Shown in pieces: positions 33,201 through 37,592 of a stretch of DNA of 37,592 nt. The position numbers and the translations under genes are program-made. Source of the stretch: a virus; the IMG/VR virus record IMGVR_UViG_3300045988_073962, positions 1 to 37,592 of that record; one strand, 5' to 3'. The stretch's first letter is position 1. Every line of letters begins with the position of its first letter. The notes beneath the pieces are model-generated. The model saw only the letters and a list, made by a program, of their open reading frames with translations. It searched no databases and was not told the origin of the DNA.

Positions 33201-33475
33201 TCGCGTCCGACGCCTTAAAGGCCAGGGTCGAAGAAGAAGTCGGGACCGACCTGTGTCCCCCCTTCTTCGACCTGGTCGAACAGAGAGCGCGGCGGAAGCT
33301 GGACTGGATCAACGGGCAAGCTGGCCGGGCCTACGGCGAAGACGGCTGCGGCGACGAATACCTGGTGATCCTGGCGGTCGAAGCGGTCCGGGAAATGGCC
33401 TTTTCCTTCTGGTGTGAGATCAAGAGCGCGGAAAACATAGCCGCCAGAGCCGCCGGAAAGGTGGTGGCGGAGTGA
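33197..33475 (+). CDS. Hypothetical protein
   Basis: 92-aa ORF with an ATGA overlap with the upstream gene. Confidence 0.5.
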   Translation: MIASDALKARVEEEVGTDLCPPFFDLVEQRARRKLDWINGQAGRAYGEDGCGDEYLVILAVEAVREMAFSFWCEIKSAENIAARAAGKVVAE

Positions 33476-33909
33476 AAGCAAAAGAAAGCCGGAAGGCGAT
33501 CCGGGACCTGGCCGCGTATGTGTGCGAACGCCTGGCGGGAAAGGTCCTGATCCACCGTTACGACGCCTATTCCACGAACAGCGTATATTTGAAGTTCGAC
33601 TATGGCCTGGGAAACAGTCTTCGCATATCAGACCACCAGGGGAAAAAGCACCTGGCCTATCGGTTCAATATCATCATGGACCTGAAAGAGCCGGAAGACG
33701 ATCATTCCGGCAAATATCCCCGGAACTACTACCCGCCGGACATGGTCGACCAGGTGATCGAAGACATTCTGTCCGGGATCGACGCGAAGCGGTCCCGCTA
33801 TCGGGACTATGACCAGACCATGAAGGAAGCGAAGGCCAGGGTCGAGCATGAACGCGGATTCTGGCAACAGGCGCGCCTGGTAAAGTCGAAGAAAGGTGAA
33901 AGCAAATGA
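33472..33909 (+). CDS. Hypothetical protein
   Basis: 145-aa ORF with a GTG start overlapping the upstream stop. Coding-like composition. Confidence 0.5.
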   Translation: MKAKESRKAIRDLAAYVCERLAGKVLIHRYDAYSTNSVYLKFDYGLGNSLRISDHQGKKHLAYRFNIIMDLKEPEDDHSGKYPRNYYPPDMVDQVIEDILSGIDAKRSRYRDYDQTMKEAKARVEHERGFWQQARLVKSKKGESK

Positions 33910-34331
33910 ACGATATTGAAAACAACCGCGTGAAAGCGGAAGCCGACCTGATCGAACAGATCAAGGCACGGATCGCCTTCCACGCCAACGAACACCGGCA
34001 GACCTACGAAGTCGGAAAGGGCGTCATGGACTACCTGGCGCGGGACCTTCTGGCCGACTTCCGGGCCGCCGGCGGCGCCCTTCTCCCTGTGAAGCCGAAC
34101 GGGACGGTCTATGTGATCCACCGCCGGCGCGTCATGTCGGCGACGGTCATGTTCGTCGGGGTCGGTGCGGACGGCCTGACTTCGTTCAGCGTCCTTCGTG
34201 GGCGACTGGGGACGACGGCCTGGGCGTCCATGCAGTTCACAGAACACGACATCGGACAAACGGTCTTCCTGGACCCCAACGACGCCGCCGAAGCCCTGGC
34301 GGCGCTGAAAGAGGGCGGCGACCATGAATAA
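33906..34331 (+). CDS. Hypothetical protein
   Basis: 141-aa ORF with an ATGA overlap. Confidence 0.5.
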   Translation: MNDIENNRVKAEADLIEQIKARIAFHANEHRQTYEVGKGVMDYLARDLLADFRAAGGALLPVKPNGTVYVIHRRRVMSATVMFVGVGADGLTSFSVLRGRLGTTAWASMQFTEHDIGQTVFLDPNDAAEALAALKEGGDHE

Positions 34332-34566
34332 GGTCGTCACCTGTCGGGACTGTGATCACTTCCGGACCTGTCTGTTCTGTGGCTACGAATCAAGTGACTG
34401 TGAGATTCACGGGTCCCTGGACGTGGACCAGCACGAACGACACCCGGACACGGCCGCCGCGACCTGCCCCGACTTCACGCCGAAGGTGGAACACCCGCCC
34501 AGGAAGCCCTTCGACGCCGTGGTCGCCCGAATCATAAGGAACGGCCGCCGGGGGTATCGCCCATGA
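34324..34566 (+). CDS. Small Cys-rich protein (CxxC...CxxC...C...TCPDF)
   Basis: 80 aa: TCRDCDHFRTCLFCGYESSDCEIHG...ATCPDF. Confidence 0.5.
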   Translation: MNKVVTCRDCDHFRTCLFCGYESSDCEIHGSLDVDQHERHPDTAAATCPDFTPKVEHPPRKPFDAVVARIIRNGRRGYRP

Positions 34567-34751
34567 AGGAAGAAAAGTTCCTTGATACGATCCGCCGGAA
34601 AATGGCAGAGCGGCCGAAAATCTGTGCGACCTGTGGACACCTGGTCCGCCTGGGCGGGACCCTGATCGGCTGTGACGCCTGTGACAAACTGATTCTTCCG
34701 GACTATCCACCGTATCACGGGAACATGACTTGTCCGGACTGGAAGGCATGA
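34563..34751 (+). CDS. Small Cys-rich protein (CxxC...CxxC...TCPDW)
   Basis: 62 aa: ICATCGHLVRLGGTLIGCDACDKL...MTCPDW. Confidence 0.5.
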   Translation: MKEEKFLDTIRRKMAERPKICATCGHLVRLGGTLIGCDACDKLILPDYPPYHGNMTCPDWKA

Positions 34752-34764
34752 AAAAGGAGGAAGC

Positions 34765-35478
34765 ATGAAACCGATTTATGAACCGAAGGGACGCGCCGGC
34801 GAATATGGGGACTTCGCGGTCAACATATATTCCGGCTGTCCACATCGTTGTTACTATTGTTTTGCGCCCCAGGTCCTACACCGTGAGCGCGAACAGTTCC
34901 ATTCGCAAGTCGAGCCGCGCGCCGGGATCGTCGACGCTGTGAAACGCCAGCTTGAAAAGGACGCTATTTCCGGGAAGCTGATTCACCTTTGCTTCACCTG
35001 TGACCCGTACCCGGCCGGGGCGGACACCACGGCGACGCGGGAGATCATCAAGGCCATAAAGGCCGCCGGAAACAATGTCCAGATATTGACGAAGGGCGAC
35101 GGACGGCGCGACTTCGATCTTCTGGGCCGTGGCGACTGGTACGGCGTAACCTATTCTTGCGACGACACAATGGCAAGAACGAAAGAACCTGGCGCCGCCA
35201 GCCCGTCGACCCGGCTTCTGTGCCTGGAAGCGGCAAAAGCCGCCGGGATCAAAACCTGGGTATCTTTTGAACCTGTCCTTGACGCCCAGGCCGTTCTGAC
35301 CTGTATCAGAGATCGCGCCGGAATTATCGACAAGGCCAAAATCGGGAAACTGAACTACTGGCCGTCGGACATCGACTGGCGATCCTTCGGACGCGCCGCC
35401 GAAATGGCCTGTCAGGAAGCCGGCCTGGACTACTACATCAAAGAAGACCTACGAAAGAAAATGGAGGAAGCCACATGA
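34765..35478 (+). CDS. Radical SAM enzyme (CxxxCxxC; SplB/COG1533-like N-terminus)
   Basis: NIYSGCPHRCYYCFAP is a canonical radical-SAM 4Fe-4S binding motif. 237 aa, RBS AAAAGGAGGAAG. Confidence 0.8.
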   Translation: MKPIYEPKGRAGEYGDFAVNIYSGCPHRCYYCFAPQVLHREREQFHSQVEPRAGIVDAVKRQLEKDAISGKLIHLCFTCDPYPAGADTTATREIIKAIKAAGNNVQILTKGDGRRDFDLLGRGDWYGVTYSCDDTMARTKEPGAASPSTRLLCLEAAKAAGIKTWVSFEPVLDAQAVLTCIRDRAGIIDKAKIGKLNYWPSDIDWRSFGRAAEMACQEAGLDYYIKEDLRKKMEEAT

Positions 35479-35891
35479 AGAAAGACCCGTTCGTCGAAGC
35501 CGTGAAAAAGACCGTCGCGGTGTCCTGTATGATACACGCGGCAATCGTGGCCGCCGTGGCCTTCCTGGCGGCCCCTGGGGGCAACGGAACCGGCGTCCTG
35601 GGGAACTGGCCCGTCCTGACCCTTGCGGCCGCCCTGGGCGTCCTGGGGGCCTTCCTGTGGATATTGCCGACCAGAGCGAAGCCGACAGCGACAGGAACCG
35701 CCCTGGACTACCTGGGGGCGACCTACGGCCTGACGCGAAGGATCAGGAAGACCTTCACCCTTCCCTTCGCGACGATCCGCGTCATGGAGAAGGACAAGGA
35801 CTTCCGCCGGCGGATCAAGAGAGCCGCGACGCGGCGTCCCCCGGACGCTGGGGCCTTCTACTTCACTATGGAACGGGAAGCCGGCCTGTGA
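35475..35891 (+). CDS. Membrane protein (two TM helices) with a basic C-terminus
   Basis: Contains VAVSCMIHAAIVAAVAFLAA and WPVLTLAAALGVLGAFLWIL. ATGA overlap with the radical SAM gene. Confidence 0.5.
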   Translation: MKKDPFVEAVKKTVAVSCMIHAAIVAAVAFLAAPGGNGTGVLGNWPVLTLAAALGVLGAFLWILPTRAKPTATGTALDYLGATYGLTRRIRKTFTLPFATIRVMEKDKDFRRRIKRAATRRPPDAGAFYFTMEREAGL

Positions 35892-36361
35892 AGACCTGTT
35901 CCGTGTGCGGCCGCCAGGTGAAGGTGACGGTCGCCTGTCCATATCAGCGAAACGGCCTGGAAACCTGTCCGGACTGTTGCGTGAAGTGCTACCATTCAGA
36001 GCCGTTCCCCTGTCCGGAGTATGAAAAGAGGAACCGCGAAAAGGGTGACACATTGAAGGAAACAAAGACCGGCCAGGCCCACGCCGGCGGCGAAAACGCC
36101 GCGAAGAAATGGGCCGAAGTCCTGGACTTGCCCGAAGACCAGGCGATCCCGTGTGTGGTGGCGTTTGCTTGCCTTCGTTATCATGGGAAATCATTTGTCC
36201 GCAAACTGGCGACCGGTTCCGGAAGGATCACGACATGGCAATCCCTGAAAATCGGGGTGGCCCTGTTCTTCTGGAAGCTGGCCCAGAAGCGGGACCCCTG
36301 GGGCGAACTGTACCGGATCACGAAGTTCGCCCAGAAATGGAAGGAAGGTGATTCACTTTGA
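35888..36361 (+). CDS. Cys-rich hypothetical protein (N-terminal multi-Cys zinc-binding-like region)
   Basis: GTGA overlap start at 35888. The sequence is KTCSVCGRQVKVTVACPYQRNGLETCPDCCVKCYHSEPFPCPEY. The upstream part of ORF 35657-36361 overlaps the preceding gene. Confidence 0.45.
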   Translation: MKTCSVCGRQVKVTVACPYQRNGLETCPDCCVKCYHSEPFPCPEYEKRNREKGDTLKETKTGQAHAGGENAAKKWAEVLDLPEDQAIPCVVAFACLRYHGKSFVRKLATGSGRITTWQSLKIGVALFFWKLAQKRDPWGELYRITKFAQKWKEGDSL

Positions 36362-36768
36362 ACAGTGTGAAGCTGTCCGGGCGCCTGACGCGCGACCCGG
36401 AACTGAAACAGACGCCAGCCGGCGTCCCCGTGGCGTCCTTCGCCCTGGCCGTCGACCGGAAGTTCAACCGGGACGAAGCGGACTTCATACCGATCACCGC
36501 CTGGCGGAAGACGGCGGAGTTCGTGGCGAAGTATTTCCACAAGGGCCAGCGCGTGATCATATCCGAAGGCCGGATCAGGGTGACGCCCTACACGGACCGC
36601 GACGGGAACAAACGGACCCGCTTCGAGGTCGTGGCCGACGAAGTGGAGTTCGGGGAATCCCGCCGCGCCCCGGAAGATCAGGAAGCCGGAAGCGTGGCCG
36701 CCGGATACATGACCAGCGGTCAATTTGAAGAACTGGGAGAGGAAGACGCCGGCGATCTTCCCTTCTGA
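36358..36768 (+). CDS. ssb: Single-stranded DNA-binding protein
   Basis: OB-fold N-terminus MNSVKLSGRLTRDPELKQTPAGVPVASFALAV...FIPITAWRKTAE and an acidic C-terminal tail EEDAGDLPF. TTG start. Confidence 0.9.
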   Translation: MNSVKLSGRLTRDPELKQTPAGVPVASFALAVDRKFNRDEADFIPITAWRKTAEFVAKYFHKGQRVIISEGRIRVTPYTDRDGNKRTRFEVVADEVEFGESRRAPEDQEAGSVAAGYMTSGQFEELGEEDAGDLPF

Positions 36769-36791
36769 CCCAGGAAAGGGGGTGAAACGAC

Positions 36792-37301
36792 ATGGACGCA
36801 AAACAGACCAAGCGGGACAGCGTGGAGAAGACCACCGGCCGCGTTTATGACATCTTGAAGAACCACGACCAGGAAACCCGGACGATCGAAGCCCAGATCG
36901 ACGCAGAGCGCGCCGCCCTGGAAGAAGACCTGGCCGAAATCCGGTCCAGAGCATACCCGCGCGGGGTCCGCTATGACACGCCGCGCGTCCAGTCGTCCCC
37001 TGACCCTGACGGGATTCTTGTGAAGGTCGCCGCCGCGATCGAGCGCCGGACAGACCGGACGAAAAGAGCCGTCGCCGCCCTGGAAGAACGACAGCGCCAG
37101 ATCGAGCGCGTACACGACGCCGTCCTGGACATGGACGCGAAGTCGAAGATCGTCCTTCTGACGCTATACTACCCGCGCCGGACCTATGAACAGGCCGCCG
37201 AAGCCCTGGGCGTCGACGTGTCAACCGTCAGCCGTCAGAGGAAGACCGCCGTCGACCGGCTGACCCGGAAACTGATCCGCCTGTATGGGGAAATCAAATG
37301 A
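36792..37301 (+). CDS. Late-gene transcriptional regulator with a sigma-70 region-4-like HTH (RinA/ArpU-like position)
   Basis: C-terminal KIVLLTLYYPRRTYEQAAEALGVDVSTVSRQRKTAVDRLTRKL follows the sigma r4 / LuxR-type HTH pattern. It is the last gene before terS. Confidence 0.65.
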   Translation: MDAKQTKRDSVEKTTGRVYDILKNHDQETRTIEAQIDAERAALEEDLAEIRSRAYPRGVRYDTPRVQSSPDPDGILVKVAAAIERRTDRTKRAVAALEERQRQIERVHDAVLDMDAKSKIVLLTLYYPRRTYEQAAEALGVDVSTVSRQRKTAVDRLTRKLIRLYGEIK

Positions 37302-37320
37302 AGACCCCCTGGCGGAAATC

Positions 37321-37380
37321 TTTTTGCACATGATTGCACATCTTTGCAAGTGTCTGCATATACTTGCACTTTTACACAAT
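37321..37380 (+). repeat. Five (plus one degenerate) 10-bp-phased TnnTTGCAnn repeats
   Basis: Consecutive 10-mers: tttttgcaca / tgattgcaca / tctttgcaag / tgtctgcata / tacttgcact / tttacacaat. The TGCA core sits at exactly 10-bp intervals (37326, 37336, 37346, 37356, 37366). Confidence 0.85.
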
Positions 37381-37393
37381 GCCCGTATATGAT
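37364..37393 (+). promoter_or_regulatory. Candidate late promoter TTGCAC-18-TATGAT
   Basis: The last TTGCAC repeat (37364-37369) is followed 18 nt later by TATGAT (37388-37393). The match to consensus is weak, so the site would probably depend on an activator. Confidence 0.35.
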
Positions 37394-37451
37394 AAAGTGG
37401 TATATGGGAACCTTGCCCCGGTTCCCCCTCCTTTTTCATAGGGGCGCAAAG

Positions 37452-37481
37452 AAGGAACGTCTTCACCGGCGTTCCTTTTTT
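37452..37481 (+). terminator. Hairpin plus T6 immediately upstream of terS (terminator-like leader structure)
   Basis: aaggaacg-(10-nt loop)-cgttcctt followed by tttt. It is preceded by a second hairpin, gggaacc-ttgcccc-ggttccc, at 37406-37426. Confidence 0.55.
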
Positions 37482-37592
37482 GTCGCCCTGATACACCACG
37501 ACACACAGGAAGGAAGGTGAAGAATCGTGGCACGACTGACGAAGAAGAACGAAGTCTTCTGTGAAGAATATCTGATCGACCTGAACGCGACC
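37474..37592. repeat. Right copy of the 119-bp terminal direct repeat (it re-reads the terS upstream region and first codons)
   Basis: Exact identity to 1-119 by direct reading. Confidence 0.95.

Noticed and set aside
34324-35478. Cys-rich mini-ORFs plus radical SAM as a sactipeptide/ranthipeptide-type RiPP cluster
   Set aside because: The rSAM protein is short (237 aa) with no SPASM/twitch auxiliary-cluster region. No leader-peptide-like features, protease or exporter are present. It is kept only as a remote possibility under the radical SAM finding.
36181-37224. 347-aa minus-strand ORF, extremely Arg/Pro/Gly/Ser-rich
   Set aside because: It is antisense to SSB and the late regulator, and its composition is typical of a non-coding frame of GC-rich DNA.
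1-37592. tRNA, rRNA or CRISPR arrays, or additional TR/VR copies
   Set aside because: Scanning by eye for cloverleaf-like GC stems, regularly spaced direct repeats and further copies of AACGCCGGCAACGCG or GGCGTCCGGCCGG found only the three DGR repeats and the 10-bp TTGCA array. A tRNA/CRISPR scan should confirm this.

Overview
This window is a complete, circularly closed phage genome. Bases 1-119 recur exactly at 37474-37592, so the unique unit is 37,473 bp. It is GC-rich, uses Firmicute-style GGAGG ribosome-binding sites, and has only one convincing gene on the minus strand. The gene order runs through five modules. (1) Packaging and head: terS, terL, SPP1-type portal, MuF/gp7 head-morphogenesis protein, scaffold, major capsid, connector genes. 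(2) A PBSX (XkdK-XkdV)-like contractile tail: sheath, tube, chaperone with a -1 frameshift, tape measure, LysM protein, baseplate, fibre. (3) A diversity-generating retroelement (DGR: avd, 104-bp template repeat, reverse transcriptase, 568-aa target), then a CBM5/12-like protein, a CHAP-glucosaminidase-2xLysM endolysin and a holin. (4) An accessory/lysogeny-like region: a displaced HK97-gp10-like gene, a minus-strand membrane PH-domain protein, two XRE HTH genes and an IS30-family DDE transposase, with no tyrosine or serine integrase. (5) An early/replication module: IS30-HTH-only protein, sigma-region-2-like protein, PD-(D/E)XK nuclease plus Rad52-like annealase, replisome organiser, DnaC-like loader, RusA, radical SAM enzyme, several small Cys-rich ORFs, SSB, and a sigma-r4/RinA-like late regulator in front of terS. 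The main result is the DGR. One template repeat (18360-18463) matches two variable repeats with almost purely adenine-specific mismatches. VR1 (20343-20446) lies inside the large protein just downstream of the RT. VR2 (32944-33046) lies 14.6 kb away in a small 227-aa protein embedded in the early/replication module next to RusA, an unusual place for a phage DGR target. Other points worth a second look are the IS30-type transposase plus a stand-alone paralog of its HTH domain in place of an integrase, a 10-bp-phased TTGCA repeat array followed by hairpins upstream of terS, a MuF protein with a long C-terminal extension and an overlapping Cys-rich ORF, an orphan radical SAM gene among Cys-rich mini-ORFs, and a G10 homopolymer tract. 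No tRNA, rRNA or CRISPR array was seen. The many long minus-strand ORFs in the track are GC-bias artefacts.
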